Assembly (NCBI GenBank): GCA_964276515.1
Contig: OZ193910.1
Span: 5,332,001-5,396,000 of the forward strand
Reading direction: 5' to 3'
Origin: Gordius albopunctatus
Lineage: Eukaryota
DNA: 64,000 bases
In this document: positions 24,731 through 38,904 of the stretch, one piece after another
Layout: each line of letters begins with the position of its first letter
How positions within the stretch are numbered: position 1 is the first letter of the stretch
The notes under the pieces: model-generated
Told to the model about the DNA's origin: nothing
The model's input: the letters and a program-made list of their open reading frames with translations, nothing else
Database searches by the model: none
Position numbers and translations under genes: made by a program

Positions 24731-27700
24731 GTTAAGATAAATGGTCAGTTACATTTGTCTAAAATCTTGAATTATCCTAACGAGAAAAGATAGATTAAAT
24801 TTATTTCGCATAAAATACACGAATCAAAATAAAAATGGTTTCAAAATCGTTATATAGAATCAAAAAAATTAATTTAGCTTCTACAAATTTCTTAAGTGAC
24901 CTTGACCACGCGACCTTAATTTATTCCTAAGGCATTTGACATAATTGGGATGGTATAAGCTAATTGCCAATTACCTTGGACGATAAAAATGTTCTCATTC
25001 AAGTCATTTTTATGACTTAAGTGATACATTAAAATGATTAATTTTATATATCAAGGGCTTTAGCCATGTGATATAAACTGTCGCTTCATTCAACACCCCC
25101 CCCCTCGCCTATGATTTAAAATAAGAGTAAAAATTTTTACTTTTTTACTTTAATTTTTATTAATTTTGTCCTTCTCCACCAATTTTTTTTGCAACCTACC
25201 CCCGCCCTAATAAACCATTCCAAAAGGAAAGTAACGTGGATTAAAAAAATAACTCTTAAATTTTTTTAAAAATAATATTAATACGCAAAAATAATTAATC
25301 ATTAAAAAGACTTATTTTATGCAAACATTATGAACTTTAGGTCAAGCAGTCAATCAATCAACCGAGTGAATTATTTTTAAAATAGTTTTTTTTTAAATCG
25401 TGGCGCCATTTTTGCTTTACGAGGAAGTACACTACACACCAAAAAACGAAATAAACACAAGGTTGATTTTATAACGCGCATTTAACTTAACTCCCTTAAT
25501 TAGATTCGTAGTTGCTAAAAAAGATTAATTACGTCTACACATTCCCATTCACAAAAAGGCGTGGTCTTCGCTTAACTTAAAATTCATAATTATTTATTAA
25601 CTAAAGAGTAACGGTTGAAATATAAAAATTTTATCCTAAAAAATTAATCGTCTCTTAATTAAAAAAATATTTTAGAGCGATGTATTCAAAATATTTAATT
25701 AAATTTTAAGATTTTGTTTCCATGAGATTATAATTTGCTTTGTACAAAGGGAACTAAGTGTATTTTCAACGAAAATTTAATTCATTTTGAGATTACGACA
25801 TACACTTAGCAAATATGTTTAACCGACAAAAGAAACCTAACAATGTAATTGAGTTTAATGGGGCCGGAAGAAATTAAAAAAGGTTTTTCGAGATCATTTA
25901 CATTCATTTTAGTCAAAAATTGTTTTTGATAAGTTATTATTAAAACCATCACATCATTAACTTATTTCTATTTTTCCTGCCAAATTTTGTTAATGCTCAT
26001 ATAGGTAAAATAAAATATTTTGACTAAATGACCTAGCAATAGTTTTTGTGCTTTTTTAGATAATGAATCCTTCCACTCTACTACAGCTTGTTTCAATGTT
26101 ATGCGTCTGGGAGCGCCAAGAAATACAAAAAATTGGTTATAAGGCGTTTTTAGTCTAACAAAAAATCCCACAGCCCCCTTCTTTTATGCATTATATCAGT
26201 CAAAATGCTGTAGGTCTGTTTCCCTACGCCGTCCAAAATATGTTAACTATTTTACACAATGTTTTGATTCGAGTTATATTATGACAGATATGATATACAA
26301 AACATGCATGTTTCATGTTGGTAAGGAATAAAAATAAATCTCTTTTTTATATGCGATGTATAAATATCTCTTTGCCCTCTGCTCTCTCATAAGTTGTTTC
26401 CTTAGGCTAAAGCCTATGGGAAATTTTGAAGACTTTTAACATCAAAAAATACAGGCTGAAATTGAGACGCTTCCGGAGCGTTTAGGGAGCGAGCGCTGAA
26501 TTACATATTACTCTTAACAGCGAAGCACAACAATTCAGGGTGGTCTACGGAAATATGCTGATGAATGAAACCAGGATCTATTTTTAATCTAGATTTGATC
26601 TTGACATTTATTTTCTTCAAATTTATTATATTTTTTAGTCACACAATCCATAGTGAATTTGATTTTAAGTATTCGAAGTTTAGAATTTAAACGACTATAT
26701 AAGCGCTTTGACAAAACTTAAATAATTTCCATTTAATGGTAGATTCTAATTAAATGTTTGCTATAAGGTGGAATATTGCCTTAAAAACCGTGGTATAATA
26801 GCCTAACAAGAACAAAGTTTGGCACGATATTAATAAAATTTTTATTTTGTGTGCATTACTTCATAAAACCATTTTTGTATAAAAGTTAAATCAAATAAAT
26901 TCCTGGCTGTTTTAATCTGTGGTTGGCAATCTTAGAAATAAGCATTTTTTTATTATACTTGAAATGTTTTAGCCAAAAAGTATTATTTGCATAAGTTAAA
27001 TATGATTGCTAGGATATCAAATCCCGTCCAATAGCAAAAGCTATAGGAGAAGTTTATATCAAATTCATCATATAAATTTATTTTATATTTTGCATATTAT
27101 ATTCCCAATTTAGTGATAATTAATGAAAGATGGGAAATTTTATATAAAAAAACTCGTCACAAACTATCGCTAATTTTACGCATAAAAAATAAGCTTCCAG
27201 TAATTTTAATTATTTTCGGAATGACTTTGTAAAAATTATGCTTCCTTGAGGATTATAATTCTTCGAAAAGTAAGCACTTTATTGGTAATTAAGTATCAGT
27301 TATTAATGAATGTTCTAAATTATTTTACGATTGGTGACGGCATGGACGATTTTTCAAAGTAAAATGACAGCCCATAAATCTTTTAAATTATATCTGGCAA
27401 GCGTCTTATTTATAAAAAAAATTCTTCAAATATTACTCAGCAGAAAAATTTATAGCTTATTTGCATGGGCGTAGACTTGTATAAGAGGGGCGGCTGTCTC
27501 ATTTTAAATCAAATGATTCGTTATAATCTAATATAATGGGTAAATTTAAAAGAAATTTAAAATTTGCCCCATCTAAATAATTATTGCCCCTTCCAATTTC
27601 AATCTTGGCTAAGCGCGTGTTAGTATTTTACACGTGTAAGCTATTTAATAATTACCGATTACTACCGTTAATTCCCGAACGTAAGGCGCCCAAAATACAC

Positions 27701-28520
27701 GTGAGGGATTAAGGTTAACCGGTTAGTGAATGTGTTTAAAAATTAGGTAAGAGAATTTAAATAAAGTTTTTATGTTTATAATTTTAGAATATTAATAATC
27801 TTTATGTAAATTTAAATTAATTAAAACAGATTCTTACTTATTTTTATCCAAAGTTTTCCACGTCAATCAACCAATTATATTCTCTTACATTTTACTATAT
27901 TGTTTACACGAGCCTAGGCGCTCATTTACATAAGCACGGTTCACGCTAACATTTCCGTTCAAAATTTTCCTCTTAACGCTGCCCTACCCTTATGGTGCCA
28001 AAAGGGGAGATTATTTTTTAAAATAACATTTTGTAAAGATTTTATTTTAATATTATAAAATTAATTAGTATTGATTAAAATTAAACAAGGCTGTGATTAA
28101 TAGGTTATAAGCTAAAATCGACGGTTAACTTATCAATATACATTTAATGCCAATTTTTACGACAAATCATGATTATGATTTTTTTTACCCGACACGCCCT
28201 TACCCCCTTAAGCTAGCCTCCTTATATTTACCCTACGTGGAGCATAGGGGTTAGGCAAGCGTCTCCAAATAAACGCCCACCCTAGCTGTATCTTTAACTC
28301 GTAGTAGTAATGATTTACATTTCGTTCTTTCACGCATATCCCCCCCCCCCCTTAGGAGCATATGAGTAAATAAAATGTTTACTTAATTTCGCCTTCTCGT
28401 TATTTTATTTACTAGTTTTTACGGAGCGCGCGCAAGAAGTATATTGCTCGTGCGTGTGGGTAGCGTATAGTGTATAGTATACACACACAAATTTATATAT
28501 ATTATGTTTTCCTCTAATTT

Positions 28521-28529
28521 ATATAAATA
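28521..28529 (+). promoter_or_regulatory. Candidate TATA box of the TIS11-like gene
   Basis: ATATAAATA about 200 bp upstream of the ATG, followed about 25 bp later by an Inr-like TCATTC; AT-rich background makes this weak. Confidence 0.4.
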
Positions 28530-28723
28530 CGTTACGTTGCTTAATTGGTCATTCATAAATTTTAGCAACAAACGTTTGTAACTAAATTTTGCTACCCCTC
28601 GCTCACTATCCCATTTCCTCCTATATTTACGCCTTTATTTCCTTCAATTACCTTACTCAAATCCCCCGCTATTTTTCTACGTGTTTCAAATAGGGATTAG
28701 TTAAATACGACTTAAGCTATACG

Positions 28724-30501
28724 ATGCTGTTTGGTAACGTTGATCCTTCTCCAGGAGCATATTATTCCGGATTATCTAAAGTAAATATTATAATATTTAA
28801 TCACTAATTTTTCTCATGCATAGGGTTTGTGGGTAATCTTTCATAAATTTGTTTTGTGTCTCTTATTAATCACAGATGTTGCCGTCGTACGATAAGCTCA
28901 ACCTATCTACTCAATTGATCCAACGCCTCCACCAAATTGAGGGTCAGGGCAAATTACCTCTACCCCCTAGGCATGCAGCAGCACCTAACAATAAAGTTGT
29001 GAATGATTTCAACGAGCAGCCTCCCCAGCGCCCTCTAATTAATTATGTGGGTGACAATCAGCACCAAGGCACTATTAACGATTACTTTAATTCTGTCAGG
29101 CCTCAACAACCTTACAACAACGATGAATGCGCCTTGTGGAACCAGGCGAAGGCAGGATGTCTGAATAATAATGGCGGTAGCGCCGCCGTGCATCGTAAAA
29201 TTAGGAAGTGCCTTAGTCACGAGTATCATCCCACATCATTCAATATTGATTCCGTTCTAAATAACGGTGGTGGAGGGACTTTAATGGCCAAACAACAACA
29301 GCCATTACCCACAGCCTCGTCTCCTTGCATACAAGGACTGACAATGCCTTTTAGCCCCCATCTTCAACCCTTGATATCTGCTACACCATCGGTGTCATCT
29401 AATTCTGGCGCAACTAGCCGCTATAAAACTGAACTTTGTCGACCCTTCGAAGAGAGTGGCGAATGTAAGTACGGTGATAAATGTCAATTTGCTCACGGGA
29501 TCGCGGAGATGAGAAATTTATCGAGACACCCCAAATACAAAACTGAACTTTGTCGTACATTTCACAGCATCGGATTTTGCCCGTACGGACCTCGATGTCA
29601 TTTTATTCACAATAAGGAAGAGGCCGGTACTTTGGTACTCGAGGATGATGAAATTTTATCCAAAAATGATAGCGGTATCGTAAAATTTTATCAAAACCAA
29701 CAAAATCGCCACCAATCCCTCCCCGCCACTACTTTGCTAAATTCAACGGGGCCTTACTATCCTCCCCTTCCCAACGCTAACGTGCACAATTACCCAAGGA
29801 ATTTTGGTCTTCCTCCTCATAAGCAGCAGTTACCTTCCCTCTTGTCCAATGGATCATTCAGCATGTCCTCTTCGCAATTGTACGATTCCATCCAAAACAC
29901 CATAGCTATCGCTGCCGCTTCAGCCGCCATTAAATCCAACGGCAACACTAATGGAGTTCACGCTGGTTTGGAAAGTCGAAAATCATTACCGACTATCATG
30001 CCCTCTTTGTTAATGGCACCACCGCCACAACACGATCATGCTACGCCACCCGATTTGGACGCTCTCGTTTCTACGATGAAATATTTCAACATAAATCACC
30101 AGCAACAACCTCAAGCACTCGTTCAAAAACAAAGGAATTCACCTCTTCCTGTTGTATCTTCTACCAATACCTACGACGAGCATCAGGGTTCAGCTTATGA
30201 TTCGGGCATCGAAGATAGTAGCAGCGTCTACACAACCTTGTTTAATTCTATCCTGCGGAAGCAGCAAACTAGTAATAACAACAGCTTATACGACGCAACT
30301 GCAAAGCATCATCCCATCGTTGGTACTAAGAATGGAGGAGCCTCTTCACCTGACAGCAATTTTTCGGGCAATAGCGAAGGAGCTAACGATTTAGATTTCA
30401 ACGAGCACCGTCAACAGGCTCCTCGAAGTAATTGCAGCATCATGACACTCTTGAATCCTCGGTTACCCATCTTTAAAAGTTTTTCCGCCGAAACTTATTA
30501 A
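28724..30501 (+). CDS. Tis11: TIS11/ZFP36-family (tristetraprolin-like) tandem CCCH mRNA decay activator, 560 aa
   Basis: Exon 28724-28780, GT-AG intron 28781-28875, exon 28876-30501; RYKTELC/KYKTELC lead-ins, two CX8CX5CX3H fingers 18 aa apart, C-terminal [13 protein letters not shown]1-binding-type motif; AATAAA near 31095. Confidence 0.95.
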
Positions 30502-33500
30502 ACTTCCATATTACACATACAATCGCTACTGTGCAACATGTACATCATGATAATTTATTTTATCCTTTTTTAGAAAATTTACTTGTGATGATTTATTAAT
30601 ATATATTAATGTCTCCAATTGTATTTTCATATTTATTTTCCATTCATTATGTTGCCCGCCCTTTCGCCCTCGGGGCTATCGTATGTCATAATTAGTAATT
30701 TACAGCACACAATTTAACACTGTCATTCGAATATTTATTAAATCCTTGATTCCATCCAAATGCGCCAATTTCTTATAGGAATATAATTTATTTCTATTTA
30801 TTTAAGTTAGATTTGCCTCGAATTTTTAATTTTACAATTTATATAGGCAAATATACACCACCTCTTTATGTAGTATGTACATTATTATATTTATGAATTA
30901 CATTATTTTACACATTCATTGCGATTCTGATTTTTTGGTATATAAATCCTTAATAGTTTGATTCTTTTAATACCAAAGAATTTTTAAATTGTTTCATCAA
31001 TAATTTCATTCTACAGATTACCTCTTCGATGTTTTCATTTTGTAATATAACTATCCATTACATGCATTATTTTCTTTTGTATACTACTATAAAAAATAAA
31101 CTTATCAAAAGTTAATATTTGTTTTGTATTTTAATTGTAAGATGGCACTTAATAGACAATCCCTTTCTTGACCTCATGGCCAGCGTGCCACTTCATTTAT
31201 ATAAAGCGCATTTACTAATGTTCCAAAAGTTCGATTAAATTTAATACTTTATGTAGCATCGGGCGTTTATGGTCTTTTGAAGTTGAATCTAAAATAAAGG
31301 CATAATTCAAATCCTTTGTGAACATAATATATCTTATCAGCTTCTAACAAATTCTTAAAGAGTTAGCATTACAGTCTATAAAATATTGTGGTTTGTTGGG
31401 AGCCAGCAGAGAAAAAAAAGGAGGAAATCCTTTATGCTTTTGCATTGACTCACGAGAAATCATACAGTTCTCACGATGTGCAGAGTGATTTTACTAGGCT
31501 GTAGGGGTCGGGTGGGTATAAGCTAGTACATACACATCAGTTTGGTAAATTGGCGGCACCTGTCGTCTCGGGATCATTTATACATCAATATTTTAGGCTA
31601 TGAAAATAAAATATTTATTTAGTATCGATTAGCACGTAGTAAATTCTAATAGGAAATTTTTTATTATTTAACCTAGCTAAATAGCACCGCTTGACTTTAA
31701 CTTATGACATGAAATTTAAGAAGCATGTGAATATTTTAATTTCATTCGGAAATGTTGTTTTGACTTTTGTCATTTTTTAATATAATTTTAACGTAATTTT
31801 TGTGCGAAGTTTCTATTAAATTGATCAATTTACACCAAGCTTAATTGTGTGCCTTTTTGTTAAATGTATTTCTTGTAAATTTAACTCGAGGCGTAGCTTA
31901 CCTTGAAAGCGTTAATTTGCTATACTAGGAAAGCTTGTGTGTATGTTATTTGTGAGAAAGATTAATTTTAGCTACGGGCTGACCGGAAACGCTTAACAAA
32001 TATTTATATAAGATGTGAATGTTTTAAATCAGCCCGTTTACCCTACCCTACAACATTCCTACCCTATGTTTAGTTACTTTTGCCACAACAAATTTTCCAC
32101 CACTCAAAGCATTTATTTAAAAAAAGTTATACGCTTTTATTATATTTGCTAACAAAAATTTGATAGCTAGCGAGTGAGTTTTTCAAATTTTAACGTAGTA
32201 CAACATTCTCGTGGTGTCTATAATAATTTCAATTTCGATTGCTTCCTTACTTTAAAGTGTGAACTATCGATTTCAAAACCATGAAAAATGTTATTCCAAA
32301 AAAATACCTAGTGTCAAACATACCATTTTTGGCAAACTATCTTATTGCTTAATTTACTCAGAAATCCGCATTATTAAAATTATGGGTAAAATTAAAAAAT
32401 TATCATTTTGCCCCTCCTCCGTAAATCATTATTGCCTCCCTCTAATCCCAATGCTTGCTACTCACATGGCAAACTTCCTTGGTCTTTCATGCAAAATTAA
32501 AGGAAAGCCTTTCCCTGCATTTACCTGCCCAAATAAATTATGATTAAAGTGTTCCTTAAGCCCGTCTGCACCGTTCCAAATATCTGTCCGATCATGTTTC
32601 TCATATCATTAAAGCTACCCACCCCGAATTAATGCTCCAAAATAGAATAGCCAAATAATCATAAATAAGCGTCATAAAGATATATTAATTAGAACAAAGC
32701 TAGCAAAAACTTAGTTATTTTCATGAAATTCCTTTGCTTATTTTTAGGAAGCCAAAAAAATTAAGCTAAAATAAAATTAATTTTTTTTGTGTCTGGGTAT
32801 CGATAAAAAATATATTCAGGTGACCACTAAATAGATGGTTTACGGCGGCATATTACTGCCGGTTAAAGATTTTAATCTAGGGTTCTATTTTATTTATCAA
32901 AAGACTTAGATTCATGAAATTTTAGATTTTTTACTTATTAATTATTTAATATGATTCGATTTTAGAGGAACAAATTTATTATGATTTAAAAAGTGCTTTC
33001 TAAAAGCCAAAGATCCTCTGTTTCCCTTTTTCGCTCAACATTATTTTATATTAATTTTTATAATTAATCATTCGATAAAAATAAGCGAAATGTTTACGTG
33101 ATTATTATTGAACACTTTGACTCTGTTTAATTACATCAGGTTGCTTGATCTGAGGGGTCAAATTACGCCGTTGGGAAAGGTGCGTGCATGTAAAGTATAG
33201 TTTCCGCTAAATTTAATAAAATTACATTTACATCCATATACCCTGGGCCCTGAGTTAATATATCCACTAAAACGATTATTATTAAGGCTAAATAAATACA
33301 CTTTCCAACAGTTCAAATCAGTCTCACTACCTTTACTGCCCCCCCCTTTTTGATCACATTCAGAGAAGTCGGCGATCGTGTTACAAGACATTTTATTGTA
33401 CAAACATGGCCTAAAAAGTGTAAAAAAATGTCGGCTCCCGGCGACAAATAAATTTGTTCTTCAACGTGCATGCTAATTCACGGATGTAGTCAGAGTGAGT

Positions 33501-35110
33501 AAGTAATTTTATACTAACCGCAAAATTTACTACATCAACATCACCTTTTCAGTTTATGGATTAAACTTTATTATTACCTGCTTGTATAACTAACTAAACT
33601 GGTCCAGGTTATTAAAAAATATTTAATAAAATTAATTTAAACATAAAAGAGTGACAGGTTATTAGTAAAGAAGTTTATTAGATAAGCGGCGCTGTTCATA
33701 TTTATTATTACTAAGTACTGACACCGGAGATTATCTACAAAAGAATATATGTTTGTATACCTTCCCCCATATTAATTCACCTTTGTGGCGGTCGTAAGTC
33801 AAAGGGTACTTTAAACTTCTCAAAGATAAGCTACTCCTTTTAATTGTTTTAAGGAGCCATATTTAGTGCAACATTCAAGACATTACAACTTTTACGGGTT
33901 AAAGTCGCCTATTAATATCCCCCTATTTTCGCATAATTATAATAGTTTCGAGACTTTTCAACGTGATCAAGATAATTTTAATTAATAAATATTTGATTGA
34001 AATTAGGTAGACATTAAATATACCTCCATACATCAAAGGGCGATTTTGTAATCAATTTTTGATCAATCATTTAATTTCATAATCAAATAATGAATGATTG
34101 ATATTTATTATTTAATTTAATATATTTGGACTTGACGTAAAGTCAATGGTCGTGTCTAGGCTGAGTACTTGTACATCCCAAGGTTTTTTTATTTTTAAAA
34201 TTGTAATTAATGATGACGACTTTTCAGTTCTTCGCACGTGTACTTTTTCCGACCTTTTATAGATTTAAAGGCTGCGGTGGTATGCAAAATGTACATGAGA
34301 TGAGAGTGTCTGTAAAAAGGCTTGTTGCTTAATATGCCTGGCAGCAAATAAATACCACACAATCCTAGCCTAGCTAAAAACAAAGCGCTCACATCACACT
34401 CTTGTCAAATTGGTTGAAAGGTATTCACCACCGTTCACAATTAACACCTTCCAGTCATTTTAAATCAATTAATTCTATTTTAAATAATTCAACAATAAGG
34501 TGGAATCTAGGAGGGGGGGGGGTCTAAAACATAGGTTCTGCAAAATGTTTTTTGTTCAATCCGAGCAAAACTGCGCAATATTTTTATAAAGAAATTAATT
34601 AATAACCGCTTTGAAAAAATATGAGAGATTTATAAATCTAAATTTTTTCTAGGGACATTTGTGAAATGCCCTAGCCAGGATCTAAATGGGAGGGGGGGGG
34701 TTCGATATTTAATTAGGAGACAAAATATATTTTAACCATTTTTTTAATATATGAGAATTTTTTAATTATAGGGGGGGGGGTTAGTCTATTTCCTAACTCT
34801 TAATGTCTACTGTATCTAAATTAATTGAAAGTGCGAAAGTTCTAACGGTCGCCTTTTGACATTTTTTTCGTGACATTTTTTTCACCGAAAAAAATTTGCC
34901 TATTGAAACTGTGGAATTATATTTGACCCAGTATTGGTTTTTAGCAATATCTGATCACTTCGCCTGAATTTGGTAGGTAAATTATCAAAAGTCTACATTG
35001 CACGTGTTGATGTTTGTAATGACAGTTTTCTTTTATTAATGCGGTCCCTTAGAAATTATATTAATGACTTCTTCCTAACCCAGCTATAAGCCGATTGACA
35101 CTCCCGCAAC

Positions 35111-35272
35111 CATGGGCGTAACCATAATTGGAACTAGAGGGGGCAATAATGATTTACGGAGGGGCAAAATGAACTTTTTTCAATTTTTAGCCATAATTTT
35201 AATTAATTTTAGCAAATTTTTGGATTTATAAGGGCCCAGACGCCCCTCCCTGCCCCCCTTAGCTACGCCCAT
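35111..35272. mobile_element. MITE of the CATGGGCGTA(G/A)CC family
   Basis: TIR CATGGGCGTA.../...TACGCCCATG; relatives near 27464-27618, 32380-32468, 48118-48252, 62558-62672. Confidence 0.8.
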
Positions 35273-37338
35273 GCCCGCCGCAACAATAGATATTTGACAT
35301 TAAAATGTTCGAACAATATTTTATTAATACTTAGTTATATTATAATTTATACAATAACAAGGTAAGGTCCAATCCATCTTAGGTTTATCTGGGACAGAGC
35401 TTATGATATGTTTGCATTTTAATTAAATTTTATTTGGTCGAATAATGTTATATCCTTGCTATTTTATTTGACGTATAATGTCAGCACAAAATATTGTAAT
35501 TTGTTAAATGACACAATAAATCCGGAGGGTTTTTTTTGTAATAATCCCAAGTGTTGATGGGCCCTGAACAAATATAGATGTGGACTCATATTACTTAAGG
35601 GACTTGTGTAATTGCCCTAAGAAATAAAACTTAGTCGATGGAATGTCTAAAATATGCATATTTTATCTGTCTAAAAACATCCCAACTATTTCCCCTTTTT
35701 CCCTCGAGGTTATATCTACATTACATAGCGTAAAGGATATTTTCTAATATCATAGTGACTAAAAGTGCATTATTATGTTATTTTTAAAATATTTGTTTTA
35801 TTTGTCAATTGGCTGGCATTGTTTTTAAAAAACAAAGACATGGCGCTCTAGATCAATTGACAACAAAATGTTTTTTTACCTACCTCACGCGGGACTTCTA
35901 ATTAAATTACCATTGTCTGTACGGTATATGTTTCGTAATCATAAATTAGATAAATAGGTAGGTTTTTGTGATGGTCAGCATTTTAATACATAAGTGCTAT
36001 AAAAAAAGACTGATGTTCCACTAGCTTTGTTTCCTTTTCATCTCAACTCAAAGTTTGTGGATAAACATAGCCAAAGAACTTGAATAAGAATAAATTAAGT
36101 AAATGTTTAATTAGACGAGCGAGACATTGGAAAAAGGAATATAATAATGTTAAATATTGTGCAAATATTTTGTAATTGAAATTCAATTGATAAATTGTCT
36201 GTGCAGTCTAGACCATAGCGACATCGATTGATTAATTAACTATTAATATCACTTTAGTTCACTGAAAATGTACGACTGTTTGATAAATTTTACTTCGTCA
36301 AAGTTTTCAAAATATGCTAATATACCTAATTAAAATTATAGATTTGATCATTGTGTATAAGAGTTAAAGAAAATTGTTGCAAATAATATTAAAATAAATA
36401 ATTAACATTCGGGACACAGCATCCCCAAAAAATGATTTTGAAAAATGTGTTAAATTGTATCGATCAATATACACGTTTAGTGATTTTAGCTGGTCGACGA
36501 CTAAAAATATTTGGCTCATCAGAAATGAATTAGGAAATCGATAATATTGACGAAAATTAGTTAACATGATAATATGATACATTGTATGATGACCAACACA
36601 AGAAATGAAGACATATTTTATGTGGGTTGTCTGATAATATAATTTATGCGCATCTCAGTGGTTCTTAGACAACAAATATTTTCCAGTTCTTTTGTGTGAG
36701 TGCCAATTTCGCCATATATGCGCATTTAATCTCAATGCTATAAGCAAAGCACCAATATAATATTCATATTCTGGGTGGCGCCCCTCTGTAAGTGAAAAGG
36801 GAATTTCCAGTTTAAATGTATTGTCACCACAAACATTTTTTGAGGCACGATTATAACAATGGAGCATGCATGATATTTTTAGTTTAAAGTGCAATCGATC
36901 CATTAGTTTTCAAAGTTAAAGTGTCGTCGTCTGTCGCTAATGTCATCATTAAGGAATAAAGAAATAATAGGTTTTTAAGCATAATAAATGTCGTTTAATT
37001 AATAAACTTAAGAGTGGCGCTTTCTTTATCAAAGCAAATTTGCTTAGCGACATCAAGGCACTCATAAATAAAAGGGTTTGTTAGCCTTCTTGAATTTTTT
37101 TATTATGTAATAATGACAATAACATTGAATTATTAATTGTTTTGTATTATGATTGCTCGTTGAAAATTGGCTAAAGGGAGGCGGTTGCTAAGTATTTACG
37201 TTATCTCAATGTTATTGAAATACTCAACCGAATCGTCGGATTCATATTAATTATTATTTATCCGGAAGGATAAATTGGTTACGTTTAAAGGGGTTAATAT
37301 TGACCAACGACAAATGTTATTTCTTTTTTGGTAGCGCC

Positions 37339-37404
37339 CATGGGCGTAACCCAACGGGGGCGGGTGGTTGCCCCCCTCTAATCCCAATGCTGGCTATGCC
37401 CATG
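37339..37404. mobile_element. 66-bp minimal MITE of the CATGGGCGTA family
   Basis: TIR CATGGGCGTAACC/GGCTATGCCCATG; perfect 8-bp TSD GTAGCGCC (hAT-like). Confidence 0.88.
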
Positions 37405-37532
37405 GTAGCGCCTTTAATTATATCCAATTTTTAGGCTAAACCTTTCACGCTAGCTATATAAAGATAAACTGAGATAAATAATATATTAAATTAATTTATA
37501 AGTGTGTTATTTGTTTTGTTTGGTATACATAT

Positions 37533-37906
37533 CAGAGACCAGATTTGCCCGGCCCACTCGTAAATTTTAACTTTCGGGCGGGCACCATAACAAGATTCGG
37601 GCTCAATTTTGTTTTTAAAATAATATATTATATTGTTTTTGTGTATATTTTGCCACTTTTTGATTTGATTTCATAATGTTTGTTAATCCTAGTTCCCATT
37701 AAAAAAAATCAAAAATTAAAATAAAATTTGTAAAAAAAATATAACGATATTAGTGCTAAAAACTTTAAAACACACCATTTCGGCCCGGGCAGCTCTGATA
37801 ATTCGGGCATTGCCGGGCGGACACATAGAAGGTTTCGGGAGGGCAGATTAATTATAAAATCGGGCCACGGGTTCGGGCAGAAAAATTCTAACAAATCTGA
37901 CCTCTG
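37533..37906. mobile_element. hAT-type MITE, 374 bp
   Basis: TIR CAGAGACCAGATTTG/CAAATCTGACCTCTG; 8-bp TSD ATACATAT. Confidence 0.9.
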
Positions 37907-38624
37907 ATACATATATCCTCTGGACTTGATTGATTCTTAAACTTGGGGCGAAGACACGAGTCACCCATTTATCGAATCTTGATGAAGACACATATTAATT
38001 CTAACCAAAAAAGCGCAATCCTTTAACCTGTCCTACTTTTTGTAATGGTCAAACAAATCAAATTACGGAAGTTTAAGGAAATTATGACAAAAAGTTTGTA
38101 GTTGGTTAAATTTACAAGTTTATAATGAATGGGGTTGCGAGGAAAAAAACAATAATCTTATAAAACTTTCCTTATCAGTAACGGTCATCTATATAGTACC
38201 AGAACAAAGGCCTTCACACTTTATCATGTTAATAATTTACATAATAACGCCTTCAATATATGTAATGGTCATTTTCATAAATGACCTCAGGCCAATGATT
38301 TCTGACTGACGTCCATAAGGGTAATCTAACTAAACCCTGCTTCCGACTCTTTTATAATGAACTTTGATTGAATTAACAATGATCATCAATATTTGTTTGG
38401 TTATGAATTCATGAGAGTTAAGGTCAGGATTTAGAAGATGACAGATCCACTCAATTTGAAGGAATACGAGTTTTGACTTAGATTAATGGTTTTTGGGCAA
38501 TTGTTTTAAAATTTGAATTGCTGAGATGAGACAATAACACGAATAAAGTTCATATGGGTACAGTTAGGAGAGCGTAATTAATCAATTCAAAATCATCAAA
38601 ATTAAATTTTAGTTAAACGCTTAA

Positions 38625-38904
38625 GGGCTTGTCTTAATATCGGATTTTGCTGCGCAGCAAAAATCGTTGTACGGGTTATAACATAGCCGTGTCTTAACTT
38701 CGAATTCACAGCAGATTTACATTTCAGAGGTATAACATAAGAGCGATTAATCTCAAGAGTTGAAATAAACAAAAAAACGTTTTTAACTGTCAAAAAACAA
38801 AATATTAATAATCACAACCGAGTTTGACACATGAAATTGAATCGGATATTTGATAAAGATAAATTCGCGCCATTTGAATCTGAATCCGATATTAAGACAA
38901 TCCC
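38625..38904. mobile_element. PIF/Harbinger-type MITE, 280 bp
   Basis: 22-bp TIR GGG(C/A)TTGTCTTAATATCGGATT; TAA TSD on both sides. Confidence 0.88.

Noticed and set aside
26550..26590. Hammerhead ribozyme (CTGATGA..GAAAC)
   Set aside because: Only 2 nt between the core boxes, so no stem II; stems I and III are poor.
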